A stretch of DNA of 63,757 nucleotides, counting the filler, from Licmophora abbreviata (taxonomy: Eukaryota), in the NCBI GenBank assembly GCA_900291995.1. It is 11 parts of 11 records of this genome, joined end to end, with 100 filler letters (N's around TTAATTAATTAA, not from the genome) between each part and the next. Parts side by side here need not be neighbours in the genome. Positions count along the whole stretch, not along the records: positions 42,947 to 53,948 come from OLMU01001492.1; positions 54,049 to 57,317 come from OLMU01001493.1; 9 more parts are not named here. One strand, 5' to 3'. Under the pieces are notes generated by a model. The model worked only from the letters and a program-made list of their open reading frames with translations, made no database searches and had not been told where the DNA came from. Shown here in pieces: positions 44,967 to 57,417 of this stretch. The translations under genes were made by a program, and so were the position numbers. Within the stretch, counting starts at the first letter, position 1; the number at the start of each line of letters is the position of its first letter.

Positions 44967-46292
44967 TTACTTTGTCGCCTGCCAGGACGACGGAATGTTC
45001 TCAAACTTTTTAACAGACTCACCCATGAGACTCCCGTCGTCCTTTTGATAGAAGCCGAAAAGACGATCCACATGGCAAAAGAACTTCTGATAGTAGTGTT
45101 TACCATTGCGGTGATGAAAGTGATGTCTTCGCGAGCCGGTCGCAAAGCCAAAAGGAATGACATTCTGGGGACTCCATGGAAAATCGAAGCCGCAATGAAG
45201 TTCCGTAAGAAGGAACGTAATAATACAGTTGTAGATGGTACGAGAAACAGGATGTGCCTTGAGAAGGTTCAGAGCCACGATGGACATTCCGACTTCGAGT
45301 ACTTCTTCAACGAATGATAGTCGCACAATTTCTGCCGCTCGGCATTCGAGATTGACGTGATGCTTCTTGTGTATCGTATTGTAGATAATAGGGACTTTGT
45401 GCATCAAAAAGTGTCCAACGAAAAAGAAAGCATCGTAGAGGAGGAGACCGCAGGAGACATCACGGCAAACTTGAAACGCCGACGGCGCACCCCACGTCGC
45501 AATTTTGGCAGCGCGGCGGGGAATGAAGTAGTCCCACAAAAACAAAGGGACGGCATAGACTGGGAGTTCGCAAATCCACGCTTTCCAATTCCACTCGGTT
45601 TGCTGGACGGAAATTGGAGGTTGTGCGTTCAGGTCTACGTCTTCCCCACGCTCCTTCCGGCGCAACTGCTCGCGACGGAACTTTTGGGCCTCGTAGCGAT
45701 CTTGGAGCCTAAACTTCCGCCAAGGGTGGACGCGACCTAGTCGAGAAGAACGTAGTACAGCTCGATCTGCAAGCCAGAAGCCATGAATCCACACGAAGAA
45801 AGCATTTATGGCCACCATCCATTCCCAGTGATCATGACGAAACGCTCGAGCAATCGTACCAGATGAGCTCTGAAGATACGACCAAAGATGCACTAAGCTG
45901 GTGTCGATGCTTGCTCGAAACAAAACAATGGAGGCAAGAAAAGCGAATGCTGCGAGACGCCATTTCGATGCTTCATCCACTTTGCGAATCGTGGACAGAC
46001 TCGATGACAACCACTGTCTGGCCTGAGTGAGAAGCGGTGCCTCTCTACCGAAAGGAACTGGGGCTGTCGAGAGGCCGACCTGCGTGGTCGTTCCATACCT
46101 CCGAGTTTGCTTTGACGCGCTGGACATTTCAAGAGAAATCTGTGTCCGAAAGCTTGAAGCGGTCGCTGCCTTGCTCACTATATTGTGCAATGGAAAACTT
46201 GGGCGACCGACAGAAAACGCCCATGCTGCGCCGCTATCGCCCGTCCATCCGAAAATGGCAACGGCCGCCAGAGCCAAGATCAATGCCTTCAT
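44967..46292 (-). CDS. Fatty acid hydroxylase/sterol desaturase superfamily protein, plastid-type presequence
   Basis: His boxes HFLMH, HKKHH, ELHCG, HHFHH; signal peptide ending AWA-F. Confidence 0.88.
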   Translation of the reverse strand: MKALILALAAVAIFGWTGDSGAAWAFSVGRPSFPLHNIVSKAATASSFRTQISLEMSSASKQTRRYGTTTQVGLSTAPVPFGREAPLLTQARQWLSSSLSTIRKVDEASKWRLAAFAFLASIVLFRASIDTSLVHLWSYLQSSSGTIARAFRHDHWEWMVAINAFFVWIHGFWLADRAVLRSSRLGRVHPWRKFRLQDRYEAQKFRREQLRRKERGEDVDLNAQPPISVQQTEWNWKAWICELPVYAVPLFLWDYFIPRRAAKIATWGAPSAFQVCRDVSCGLLLYDAFFFVGHFLMHKVPIIYNTIHKKHHVNLECRAAEIVRLSFVEEVLEVGMSIVALNLLKAHPVSRTIYNCIITFLLTELHCGFDFPWSPQNVIPFGFATGSRRHHFHHRNGKHYYQKFFCHVDRLFGFYQKDDGSLMGESVKKFENIPSSWQATK

Positions 46293-46951
46293 GGCAGCTC
46301 GAATGCTCTTTCCTATCTGAGGTTTCCTACTTCAGTGGACGACCGCATAGATTTGATATAACCTGGTGTGCAGCAGGTTCTCCAGTGCCACGTTGATGGC
46401 AATGAATCATCCGATCCGTCTCTATCGGTCTCACATGCATTGAAGATGCTGTCCACAAATTGAAAGACGCGCGGCGATCGCAGAAGATATGAAAAGACTG
46501 ACGTCACTCAATCGAGTCGAACGATTCAAAAGAAGTCTCAAGTTGTAGCTTTTAGTACTGTGATTCACGTACGCAATCAACGTGGAGGCGACATTTCAAA
46601 ATGAAAAAGACACTCGAGTATCCATGGGAACGGCGGGAATCCATTTGAATAATATTACTATTCAGACACGAATGAATATCCTCGAGGATGTCCAGCCTTT
46701 TCATTCACGCGTGATTCTCCAATCATTGCAAATCGCGACTGGAAACTGCTTTCACGAAAAGCGGCGCAACAGAAGAACCACATCACAACGAGGGGAGTGA
46801 ATGAATCCTGAACGACGACAGAATCGAGCAATAGAGGCATTGGCAAGTCCAGTGTAGAGACTATACGCTTGATCAAGTTCAAAAGCATACTGAATCTTTA
46901 GGAGGCTCTAAAAGATTCGTTACAGCCCAAGATTGAAACTCCGACAAAATT

Positions 46952-49321
46952 ATGGCCGGCACAACCATCAGTACCGGTTCTCAGGAACCCAGCTCATTGA
47001 ATGCACATATGCAGCTGCGTGTGAATCTTATAGCAGAAGGCTTTGATGCCGACACTGTGGATGCTGCGTTGGAGCAAATGTGGAACGAGCATCTTCCATA
47101 CGATGATTTCGATGAGGTGCTCGGATTCCTTTCGCAGAAAAATTCCACCAAGGATCCGCATGAAGAAGAGCACACTGCTGAGTCCTCGGCGGGCACTGCC
47201 ACTGTGTTGGACGAAGAGTTCTCGACTGAAGGCACCAGCAAGGAGGGATTTTGTCGCGATTCCATCTCCACCATGCATTCCTCCCAGAGCAGGTTCAAGT
47301 CTTCCCTGGAAGCACGACCTCTCGGCCTGGCCTCCAAGCTGGATATCGTTGCAGACTACGAGAATTTCATGGATGCCGTGTTCGCTTTGACCGAGTGGAC
47401 CACTAAAGTGGCAAAGCAAGCTGAGGTACGTGTCATTTTAGCCCACGGATTTTCGTCGTAACTTCTGTCGCTTTCGTGCTAACGCAATGCTCTGAAATTC
47501 ATGCTCAGTTGGAAGAACTGTGCGAGGCGAAAGAAACAAGCACTCTGCAAACTATCGTACGCCGTGCCATCACGGAGGGCTCAAGTCCCACGAAATTTGA
47601 ACGGTCGATATTGCCGTCGACTCTCCAACTGATCGGAAGTGTCCTTCTGACTTTGGGCTTCCCTTCCTGCTCCGTTTCATCGGTGCGGAAGAATCTCGAG
47701 GTCCTCCTAAAACAGGCTCGCAAGGCTTTGTTAAGATGTCATGATGATGAAAAACGAAAGGCCCTTGCTGAGAACGTGTCTCATCATATCGTTACGAAGC
47801 TGTCAAACGGCATTCGTGAATTCCGGCTGAATACAGACGCTACCGAGCACCACATGATACCCCGTTTGGAAAAAGAGATTGAGGCTGCAGTCGCATCCAT
47901 TTCGACCACTGGGGAGAGTGGCGTCGTAGAGCTTATGCTGAATCGGGATATGCAGAAGGAGGCAGCCGAAAAGGCGTCGGTAGTTGTTGGCGTTTCAATC
48001 TCGATTGCGTTGAACGGCAACGACGAAGAAGGGGCTACCGCCCACGCAGGAAACTCTGAACCGAAACATGTGAAAGAGACGAAGGAAGATCTTCTCGTGA
48101 CTCTCGTGGGAGAGGAAGATTTGAAAACCATTGAGATGAAAAAGAGCGACCATGAAACTCTTAAGGCCAGAGCGGTGGATGTTCAATCCGAGCTTGCAGC
48201 AGTATCGCAGGCTGTCGGGACGAAGCTTGACTCGTACCGAGAAGAGAAAGCTACGATCGCAGGAGAGATCGAGGAACTGCGCCGCATGATCCAACAGCTA
48301 GAGCAGAAGGAAGCTGAGCTCGACGAGAAGATTTCAGAAACGGAACTCGAAGCCGAAAACGTGAAGACAGATCGCAACAAGCAGCTTGGCGATCTCAATG
48401 ACCAGGTGGCCGCCACTACTGAGCCATTCGAGTTTGCAACTGCATTGCACAAACTGGCAACGGGATTGAAGGGCTATGGTGAGTCGCTGAACAAAGCTGT
48501 AGCCAACCCATCGTCGGATTCAATTGAGGAGGAAGCCAAGAATCTGGTCGAGGACGTCCCTCGGAGGATGGGAGTCTACCTTGTACACGCCAGAAACTAT
48601 TTTCGAGCCGAGGCCAAATGCATCTCGTTTCTTCGAGGAAGAATGCAAAAGCTTGTCAAGAAAGTCCAAAGCCTGGTAAGCTGCACGAGCTCGTGACGAA
48701 AAATTGTTCTCCTGCAATGGTAGCTGTCTCAGGGATCTTATCTGTTGCGTTTTTCCGTCTTTGCGCTAGGAACGCGACCTCGAGGAATGCAAGGCCCTCG
48801 GTATGAAGACGAACGCGTCTCAGATTTCAAAGTCTCTCTCCCGTGTCCGTAGTGATATGGAAGACGACAGCTCTGTCGTGAAGGCATTATGTCATGAAGT
48901 GCAGATGGTGTTTGAAGATCTTTTAGCAAGAATTGATCAATACATTTCAAGTGGCCAAGGTGGAAAACTGTCGTCGCTCCAAGTGTCAGTGCTGAGTGGC
49001 ATTCTGTCGTGGCTCTCCGAGATTGGTCTCGAGAGCACTGCTCCTCTCCAGGCCATTATATCTAGCAACGAAGACGCTAAGAGAGTTGAACAAGTCGCGG
49101 AAGACATCAACGAGACTTTGGAATCCGATGGCACGTCAGAAATCGCTACCGCGAGCATTGCTACTGCCGTTGGGACACCGCCCAAGCAGGGGGTGGACAC
49201 CCTGAAGACCAAGCTCACTTGGGCAGCGAAACAGGGAGGGAAAACCGAAAAGACCAAATCACTCACTGAAATTCAAAAGGAGCAAAGCTCGGGAGCTTTG
49301 GTCGACACAGTGAAAATGTAG
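46952..49321 (+). CDS. Uncharacterised coiled-coil protein with UBA-like N-terminus; introns 47426-47508, 48676-48769
   Basis: Three ORFs join in frame via GT-AG introns; LIAEGFDADTVDAAL; long heptad region; KSLTEIQKEQ near the end. Confidence 0.75.
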
Positions 49322-49742
49322 AACAGAAAATCAACACAGACGATGCGGGGAGTCGTCCTTTACAGAGTTTGGAAGAGGTTGCGAAGTGTTCCTTTATCTC
49401 CTCATTACATTTATAAACAAAATGTTTGATCAGGATCGCGAGTTCCAATATCAGGCTATCTTAGTGAGTTTGACTCGTTTTAGTAGTAAGGCTCGCATGC
49501 AGTGTTGTGGTCCTGCGACTTGAAACTGGTGCGAAGCCGTGCTTGAACGTTGACTGGCTCGCTCTCATGCAGGTCTAAGAACGCCGCCCGCGCGCGCGAG
49601 GCGTCGCGAAAACCGCGACGCCGCGGCCACTCTTCTCATCGCGAAGCAACCGCGGTGCGAGCTGCGACGATCGAAGACATATGATACCTGCATCGCAGGA
49701 AGGCTAACTCTCTGAATCGTCGATCGATCGCTTCCTGCCGCG

Positions 49743-51068
49743 ATGACATCCCTGACAGCAATGCCACAGCATCGTAAGGGCCGGCTCTCCCTGCCAGGAC
49801 TGCTCCTTGTTGTCGCCACAGGCTTTGTTGCTGTATCAACCTTGCTGCTGCACCGACTGGAGTGTGACGTAGAGGGACAGATAGCTTTATTTCCACCAGG
49901 AAACAGTACCGATCAGGTCTTGCTATCCACACCAGCGCACGGCGATGAGTGGCCACACCCCTTCATTCACATTGTCAACACGCGGTTCATGCAGCACCAA
50001 GGAGACCTCGTCGATCTGGCACGCGCTCGTTTGAGACTGTTCGAGACCTTCTGTCTTGACTCTGTGTTAGGACAAACCATTCTGCAAGACAGAAACGACA
50101 AGAATCTGTCCCCGCTCTTGTGGATAATCAAGGTGGATCCTCAGCTGGGTGCACCGATCGTAGAAGAGCTGCTGTCGCTTGTAAGCCGCCATTCTTTCAT
50201 CTATGTTGTGGCGAGCAATGTGAATTTCGGAATTGGGGTCAGTCCTGGGGGATGGAGGGGAGGAGAAGCTGGGCAGGATGTACTGGACTCGACAGTGCAC
50301 TGTGGCGACATGAGACTGTTTCGTCAAGCCCACGCATCTCGGGAGACAAGAGCTATCCTGGACACGAGACTTGACGCGGATGACGGGCTGCACACAGAGT
50401 ACCTCGAAACCATACAAGTAGAGGCTCTGAAGAAACTGCGATGGTCTCATAACCAAACTTCTGGGCAGAGACAACGATGGAAGTACTGGTGTATAAAGAA
50501 TCGTCTCGACTGGGACCCACCGCCACCGTTTGCGGAGGCGAACGATACAGACTACGGAGTCTTCATCCCTAAACGATCTCCGGAGGTATGTATAACACCG
50601 GGAATCACACTTGGAATCTCGATCGGACCAGAGGAGGAAGAGATCCCACATTTCCCGCACCATGAGCTATATTCCAATTTCCGAAGCGACGTCGAACACC
50701 CCGACTGTGGAGGTCGTGTGGACACGCGGTGCTTGCGAATGCTTGGAGAGCCCATTCTAGGAGCCATTCGGTCCAGAACACCAACCAGTGCGGGCATGAG
50801 AGGCGTTACAAAAGATGAAGAAGAATACGAGGAAAGTAGCGCACACTCGATTCCCACCGACAACAAGCATCTCTTGCATGCGCTTGAAACTTCTTTTCAT
50901 GTGAGCCTAGCACAAATCATCAAGACCAATCGATTTCTGCGGGAAAACTTTGAGGGGATCGTGGTAGACAACCTACGAGGCCAGTGTACCCATGATCATA
51001 GCTGCAAGAATTCCACGAAAGAGGCACTCGAGAGATGGCTTGAGCGTTCTCGGTCCAAGCGTGGGTAG
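49743..51068 (+). CDS. Type II membrane glycosyltransferase-like protein (putative rhamnosyltransferase family)
   Basis: N-terminal TM; TRF..RLRLFETFCLDSVLGQT; TRLDADDGL. Confidence 0.7.
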   Translation: MTSLTAMPQHRKGRLSLPGLLLVVATGFVAVSTLLLHRLECDVEGQIALFPPGNSTDQVLLSTPAHGDEWPHPFIHIVNTRFMQHQGDLVDLARARLRLFETFCLDSVLGQTILQDRNDKNLSPLLWIIKVDPQLGAPIVEELLSLVSRHSFIYVVASNVNFGIGVSPGGWRGGEAGQDVLDSTVHCGDMRLFRQAHASRETRAILDTRLDADDGLHTEYLETIQVEALKKLRWSHNQTSGQRQRWKYWCIKNRLDWDPPPPFAEANDTDYGVFIPKRSPEVCITPGITLGISIGPEEEEIPHFPHHELYSNFRSDVEHPDCGGRVDTRCLRMLGEPILGAIRSRTPTSAGMRGVTKDEEEYEESSAHSIPTDNKHLLHALETSFHVSLAQIIKTNRFLRENFEGIVVDNLRGQCTHDHSCKNSTKEALERWLERSRSKRG

Positions 51069-51139
51069 CTTGAGGGCGGGAAAACTTATACGATATCATA
51101 ATGTCTTTATTAGCATGGGGGAGGGAAATTTCACTTTTA

Positions 51140-51982
51140 TCATTGTTGCCTCAGCTGTTGTAAACCAAAATGTCGCATCCCCATAATGGCAAGGATAGAG
51201 CCCAGCAATCCATTTGCCCAACGAACAACAAGCGTCACAACAGCACGAATAGCCGGATACCTTTTGAATGGTCTCTCGATAAGCCACGGCTCAATCAGAC
51301 CCTGTAGAATCTGATAGCGCACGTTCGAAACAATGGCCATAAAACTCCCTGTGAAGATGCTTGCATACAGTACATTGATATTGCGAGTCGCCGCCTCATA
51401 GGACGGGACAAGAACTGACCGTAATGCAATCAACAAGCCCGTCAGACCATATCCCACCAAGCTTGCAATGAATCCAGCGCGAAAGAGGGAAGGCACCGGC
51501 ACAATAAATGAAAGAAGACGTTGCAAAGGTGTGGGTCGCGTCGAGCCGTCAAGCAGGGTCGTCTGAAAAGCGTTTGACGGCACTGGGATGCCCCCGAAAG
51601 TCACGCCTGTTGACAACCCCTTGTCATCTTCTCGTTCCACTTTCGTAGGTGCGACTCTCCACATGGCATAGTACTTTCCATACATCGCAGTAAGAATCCC
51701 CGCCGCAACGAAGTCAATCTCCGGCACTATTCGATACGCCCCACGCCTGTTCCATTCTGCTGTCATCTGAGTTCCTACTGATACCAGTATTTCTGTGACT
51801 GACTTGATGGGGAAGGAGGGATCGGCTGCAACGCGCTGCTTGTACCCGTTTGATATGGAACTGGTGAGCTTCCGAACGCTAGGCGACGACAACGCCCCTG
51901 CGGTGTCGAAGCGGGTGCATAACAGCAGCACAAGCACAGAGCTCCACCCGGAAACGAAGAGAAAACTGTATCGAATCTTCAT
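51140..51982 (-). CDS. RETICULATA-related (DUF3411) plastid membrane protein
   Basis: RVAADPSFPIK..E, AEWNRRG..EIDFV, NAFQ, FMAIVSNVRYQIL; signal peptide. Confidence 0.85.
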   Translation of the reverse strand: MKIRYSFLFVSGWSSVLVLLLCTRFDTAGALSSPSVRKLTSSISNGYKQRVAADPSFPIKSVTEILVSVGTQMTAEWNRRGAYRIVPEIDFVAAGILTAMYGKYYAMWRVAPTKVEREDDKGLSTGVTFGGIPVPSNAFQTTLLDGSTRPTPLQRLLSFIVPVPSLFRAGFIASLVGYGLTGLLIALRSVLVPSYEAATRNINVLYASIFTGSFMAIVSNVRYQILQGLIEPWLIERPFKRYPAIRAVVTLVVRWANGLLGSILAIMGMRHFGLQQLRQQ

Positions 51983-52193
51983 TGCGACGGAGCAAAAGCC
52001 GCATCAACGGGATATTGAACTGTGATGGACGATAATGTGTCCGCTCCGCGCACGCGTGTCTGCGGTCGCGCAGCTTAGACGACCGGTTACATTTCATCCG
52101 CAAGATTATGACAAGTTAGTAAGGTTACAAGATTCTAGCATCGATATCATAGCTGAATCATTCGTAGACAACACTACTAGGTAGCGCTCCTCA

Positions 52194-54423
52194 CTAAAGC
52201 AGATCGATGACTTCATGTTCTACCGGTGTGCCATTCTGCCGAGATCGCTTGGCGTCCGACCCATCTCCGTCATCATCGTTTTTGCGCTTTCGGTTGTACC
52301 GCTTCTTGGTCTCATCGAGAAGCTTCCAGGTCGCATTTGCAAAGAACTGCACACGGTCTTGATGGGGCCGGGCCTGTCCCTCAAACTCCGCCAGCACTTT
52401 CTGCGTCAAGCCACAGACTTGCAGGTCGCGACACGAGACGAGATTGCCACAGACCGGACACTGCCACCGGATGCCGCTTATACTCTGATTCGCTTCCAAA
52501 AAATTTCGTAAATCAAAGCACTGCCAATGAGTACACTGTTTCCCTCGTACAGGAGTTTTGATAAGCTGCATCGACAGAGGACATGTCAACTTGAATATGA
52601 ACGAGTTCAACTCGTCGGAACCAGGGTCCGCGTCTTCCAGTACGACCGTCTGCTGGTTGGCCATTTGCAGTGCATAGGCTGTGGCATCTTTTTCGCTGAG
52701 TTTGTCGGCCCACTCGTTGAGTACCCTGTCGTATAGTGCGTTGGGCGTTTGATAGGAGCATATGGCCAAACACATGACATATTGCTGATTGTCGTAGAAG
52801 CACATCTCAACCCTGTTGTTGCCGGAAGGACGCTTGATATGCTCCGTCAAATCGAGAGGTTTACACATGTACTTCCATTCACTAGGATCATGCGACTGCT
52901 GTCGTCGCTGTACAATGGAAACGGGGCTTCCGCCGACTTGAACAAAGGTCCCCTCAGGCCACAAGTGCGTGTCCGCTCGCTTCTTCTTTCTCCCTGAATT
53001 CAATGGTAGCATTCGCAACATGAAACGCCGCTCCCCCTGTGAAAAATGTGAATCCGATCTAGCGGTACCCCAGGTGTGCATCGTCTTGGCCTCGGCGGGC
53101 TTGAGTCGCACCTCGCATGATGTCGCCTGATGTGGTTCAGGATCGCCCTTCGCGAGCTTCTCCAGACGCGAAGTCTTTTGGGTCACCGCGACTGCCACTG
53201 TTCTTTCAACTCTCCAGTACGGATCCCAAAGACTGAAACGGTCTACGACGTGTCTCATGAACTGGGGAGTGACAGGCCACTGCTGATAGGTTACCTTGAC
53301 CGTGGACCGAGGCATCAGGGCACCCGACAAAGCCCCCGTCGGGTCCTTCGCGAACCAGATAGCAGAGACGGCCGGGAGAACCTTGTCTGTCGCAAATATC
53401 TGATCTTGCGGAATTGGTTGGATGGAGGTGGGAGCTGCTGAATGCTTTGGCAGTAGAAAAGGCTCCGTCTTGGTCAGTCTGGTCGCATTGATGGTAGACT
53501 CTGCTTTCGCCGTCATGCTGGATTCTGCAGGCATGCTAGCGACTTTCGCAGGCTTGCTCAAGGAGACCCCCATGCCTGGGTGTGCTGAAGAAGTCGGATC
53601 GGCGACAGCAGGGATCGACGGATCGGCAGAAGACGCTGCAGCAGACAGTCGCGGTGGTGTAGAACCGGCTTGTGCGGTGCGCGCCAAATCTGGCGGGCTT
53701 GCAGGGTGGTGTTGGGGACGAGCTGAACTCTTTGGTGACGCAGCTGCCTCCGGTTTCTTGGATTCAGAAGGCTTTTGAGTTACTGTGACAGGACCAGGTT
53801 CTGGAATAGTCCGTCGTGGCTGGTCAGGGACCTGGTCAGGGTCGACAACCGCATTGTTTTTATTGCCAGCGCCGTCATGATGTGTGACCGCGCCAGAATT
53901 TATGGAAGCCTTTGGTTTCCGGGTTACTTCTCTTTCCTTTTCTCTATTNNNNNNNNNNNNNNNNNNNNNNNNNNNNNNNNNNNNNNNNNNNNTTAATTAA
54001 TTAANNNNNNNNNNNNNNNNNNNNNNNNNNNNNNNNNNNNNNNNNNNNTTCTCTTTCCTTTTCTCTATTCGAACAGGACTGCTGAGTCATTGTTTGCATA
54101 TTCCAAGACGATTTTTTGTATTCTTCATCCACCCGTTCAAGTAGGGTGGACAGGGCCTTCAAGGCTTTCCGCCGTATTTGAGGTGGATTCTTGGAGTCGA
54201 TGGAGCAGTGGAAGTGCTCATCGAAAAGCCATTCTAGCCTTTTATAGGCCTCGTCTTCTGGTGGACACGATTCCTTGTCCTTGTTGTTCAAGGAATCCCG
54301 GACGATATTCATCACGGTGGCAGGCGGGAGCGCCGACCACTCTTTCTTTCGTTTCGTCATGATTCTCGACCAAAGATCCATATCCTCTTTGGAAATGGAC
54401 TCATTTGAATTGTTACTAGTCAT
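52194..54423 (-). CDS. SP-RING (MIZ) zinc-finger SUMO E3 ligase-like protein (spans false gap)
   Basis: LTCPLS..PVRGKQCTHWQCFD..WQCPVC; C-terminal SIM-like EVIDL; 21-bp overlap (53928-53948 = 54049-54069) keeps the frame (SNREKEREVTRKPK). Confidence 0.88.
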
Positions 54424-54714
54424 ATTTACTATCTCTCAGTTGCAGGGTCCGAAAGGGACCTGTGGCTGCCACAAACATGCCGCTTTCACCACCACGGCTA
54501 AACTTCGTCCCGAAAAAGTCAGCATCACTTTTCGCGCGCTAGAAGAGAGAGGGGCGACGGACAGACCTGTGATGAAGAACGGAAAAAAATAAAAAATTCA
54601 CATCGCAACTTTGCAACGCGACATCGTCATCTTGCAGGGAAGAGTCATTGCAAGGAAGATCTTCGTTTGGGGAATCTTTATCTTTGGCTCGTCGTTTTCA
54701 CCCTTCCATACCTC

Positions 54715-55947
54715 ATGCCCTCTGTGATAGGGCAGTTGATGGACATACCTGCTGGAAAGAAGTACGAATCAGGGCTTCCCCATTACCGCTCCTCAGCCGC
54801 TCGGCCCAAGAAACAAGAAATGGTCAGAATCAACCGAAGCTCCTCATCCCGTCGAGTCAAAACACCTACTCTCCTTGATCATTACGTTGTCGTCTTGACT
54901 GTCATCGGTTTTGCTTTCTTTTTCTCTTGCTTTCTGCTGCTTAGCTCCAAAGAGGTACGTATAGTCGGACGCACCGAATTCGGAGGTGCTCGGCTTCATT
55001 TCGATTCCTCATCCTACTCTATGCCCCTCCACACTCTGAAACAGGAACGACTTTACAACATGGCTTCAGCACACTCTGCAGCTCGCGTCACATCGACTGG
55101 AAAACCATTCCTCGTGTATGGTACAGCCTGGAAGAAGGAACAGACGGCACAGTATGTTTCAGAAGCTGTACATGCTGGATTTCGATTCATTGACACAGCT
55201 TGCCAGCCAAAACACTATAACGAGGCAGGAGTCGGCGACGGATGGTCTGCTGCGGCCCAGGAACTTGGCTTGGCACGATCGGACATATTTCTCCAAACGA
55301 AATTCACATCGATTTCAGGACAAGATCCGAACCGCATCCCCTATGATGCATCGGCACCGTTGAAAGACCAAGTCAAACAATCACTCGAGGTGTCACTCAA
55401 GAATCTTCATACAGACTATCTAGACTCGCTCGTTATGCACTCACCCATGGACACAATGGAGGAAACCATGGAGGCATGGAGGGTCATGGAAAGTTTCGTG
55501 GATGCTGGAAAGGTGAAGCGCCTGGGGATGAGCAACACGTACGACTACGCCAAGTTTACAACAATTTATCAACAGGCTCGTATCAAGCCTTCTGTACTAC
55601 AGAATCGGCTATATGCCGAGTCGAACTTTGATACCGAGTTGCGAAAGTTTTGCAAAGAGAAAGGAATCTGGTATCAGTCGTTTTGGACCTTGACAGCCAA
55701 TAGACACGCCTTGGCGCTGCCCGAGGTCCAGGCGCTTGCGGAGAAGAAGGGACTGACGTCGCAGACGTACATGTTTGCCTTTTTGATGTCACTGGGATAT
55801 GTCAGGCCGCTCTCTGGAACGACAAGTACCGTTCACATGGCCGAAGATGTTGCCGTGATGGAGCGAATGCAGGGCGGAGAGGAGATCTTTGAGAGCGACG
55901 AAGAATTACATCACATGGCGCAGCTGCTGGGTATGCCTGACTTGTGA
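54715..55947 (+). CDS. Aldo/keto reductase with N-terminal membrane anchor (start 54715 or 54820)
   Basis: VYGTAWK, GFRFIDTA..HYNE, FLQTKF, YLDSLVMHSP, LGMSN. Confidence 0.9.
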   Translation: MPSVIGQLMDIPAGKKYESGLPHYRSSAARPKKQEMVRINRSSSSRRVKTPTLLDHYVVVLTVIGFAFFFSCFLLLSSKEVRIVGRTEFGGARLHFDSSSYSMPLHTLKQERLYNMASAHSAARVTSTGKPFLVYGTAWKKEQTAQYVSEAVHAGFRFIDTACQPKHYNEAGVGDGWSAAAQELGLARSDIFLQTKFTSISGQDPNRIPYDASAPLKDQVKQSLEVSLKNLHTDYLDSLVMHSPMDTMEETMEAWRVMESFVDAGKVKRLGMSNTYDYAKFTTIYQQARIKPSVLQNRLYAESNFDTELRKFCKEKGIWYQSFWTLTANRHALALPEVQALAEKKGLTSQTYMFAFLMSLGYVRPLSGTTSTVHMAEDVAVMERMQGGEEIFESDEELHHMAQLLGMPDL

Positions 55948-56227
55948 GAATAGTGAAATAATAGTACGTGCCAAGCCTAAATACTTCTCTGTTTGGAGTT
56001 GCTTTAAAAATGTGCATATATAGATTGCTAGTTGTAGCGTGTTGCTCGATGCCGGCAGACGCAGGTGCCCTGGGCGAGCCGATCGATGAGAAACCTATCA
56101 AGAATCACTGGTGTAAGCCACAGTAGCTAGCTAGTCTCTCTTCTATACCCCAGTACGAGTAGTAGTGTACCATACCGAACAAGGAACAGGCGCATTTATC
56201 CTTAGCCCTTCAGAAAAGCGAGGAATC

Positions 56228-57109
56228 TTATTCCGTGGGCAGAGTCAAGTCACGATGCTGCACAAGAGATAGATAACAGTTCCAGCCGCAGGAGCATATG
56301 CCCAAAACCAATGGTCGGAGGTGGGGCGGAACTAGAGCGAAATTGAAGAAGTTGATGGGAATCCAGGCCTTGGCACTTGTAACCATCGTATTGAGGAGCT
56401 CCGTTCGGACTTTCAGTTCGGATTTTGACAACATCATTTCCCAGTCAAAAGGAGGCCCTCTGTCCATAATAGCACCAATCTCACTCCCAACCAGCTCCAG
56501 CTCCTGTAATTCCTCACGCCACTCGCTCCGCAGTGCAAGCCACTCTACAGAATGATGAACACTCGTTCCGTAGACAAAGAACGCCATATTTACAGGGATC
56601 GAGGCGATAAGACTTCCGACGACCCGCGCGATAACGGAAGCGGGAGGTTTTACTGGAAAAACGCGGTCAAAAACTCGGTACACGACCATCCAGAATGGGG
56701 TCATAAATCCAGCTGCCCATGCAGCCATCGTCGCTGTTCGAAGGCCATCAATGGATTCAATTTGACACCTGAGCTCTTCCCAGACAATCTGAGCGGTCGC
56801 CAGGTAGTGCTCGGATGTGCTCCTACAGCCGTCGTCACACAGTGTACTCGGCCGACGCGCTTCATCGAATTGACTTCCTGCTGATGGGTCACCTTCACCC
56901 CCATGATTTCTGTGTGTACTGTAATGCCGTAGACTCAATCTTCGTTTGAGAGGAACCGTCTTCGACTCAGGACTGTCGCCTACGTGGCGCTGCTCCATCT
57001 CTTGCGCCAGGATATCTCCCACCCCCATGAGTACCAACGACGAGGTCAGATTCGTCACCACCGGTCGCGTTTTGAGTTTGGTTATGTACCACCGGACAAA
57101 ACGGCTCAT
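56228..57109 (-). CDS. Mpv17/PMP22 family membrane protein
   Basis: RPVVTN..GDILAQ; WIPINFFNFALVPPHLR..WNCYLS. Confidence 0.92.
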   Translation of the reverse strand: MSRFVRWYITKLKTRPVVTNLTSSLVLMGVGDILAQEMEQRHVGDSPESKTVPLKRRLSLRHYSTHRNHGGEGDPSAGSQFDEARRPSTLCDDGCRSTSEHYLATAQIVWEELRCQIESIDGLRTATMAAWAAGFMTPFWMVVYRVFDRVFPVKPPASVIARVVGSLIASIPVNMAFFVYGTSVHHSVEWLALRSEWREELQELELVGSEIGAIMDRGPPFDWEMMLSKSELKVRTELLNTMVTSAKAWIPINFFNFALVPPHLRPLVLGICSCGWNCYLSLVQHRDLTLPTE

Positions 57110-57417
57110 CTTAAATGTCAATGGAGGGACGAAAAAGTGAATTCTGCTGCGAGGAACAGCGGCATCGATGCGACATCGCGTCACTCGCCATTTCCGACCT
57201 CACTTGCTTTCTTTTTAGATCTCTGGGATGGCTTTCGACTCACTCTTCTTTTGTGTTGAGTGGTGAGCGTCTGAATCTTCATTCATTAGAGCTGAGGCTA
57301 TCAAAATGCTACGCATANNNNNNNNNNNNNNNNNNNNNNNNNNNNNNNNNNNNNNNNNNNNTTAATTAATTAANNNNNNNNNNNNNNNNNNNNNNNNNNN
57401 NNNNNNNNNNNNNNNNN

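Noticed and set aside
43661..46292. Elongase plus hydroxylase as a lipid biosynthetic cluster
   Set aside because: Only two convergent genes with different predicted compartments; chance adjacency suffices.
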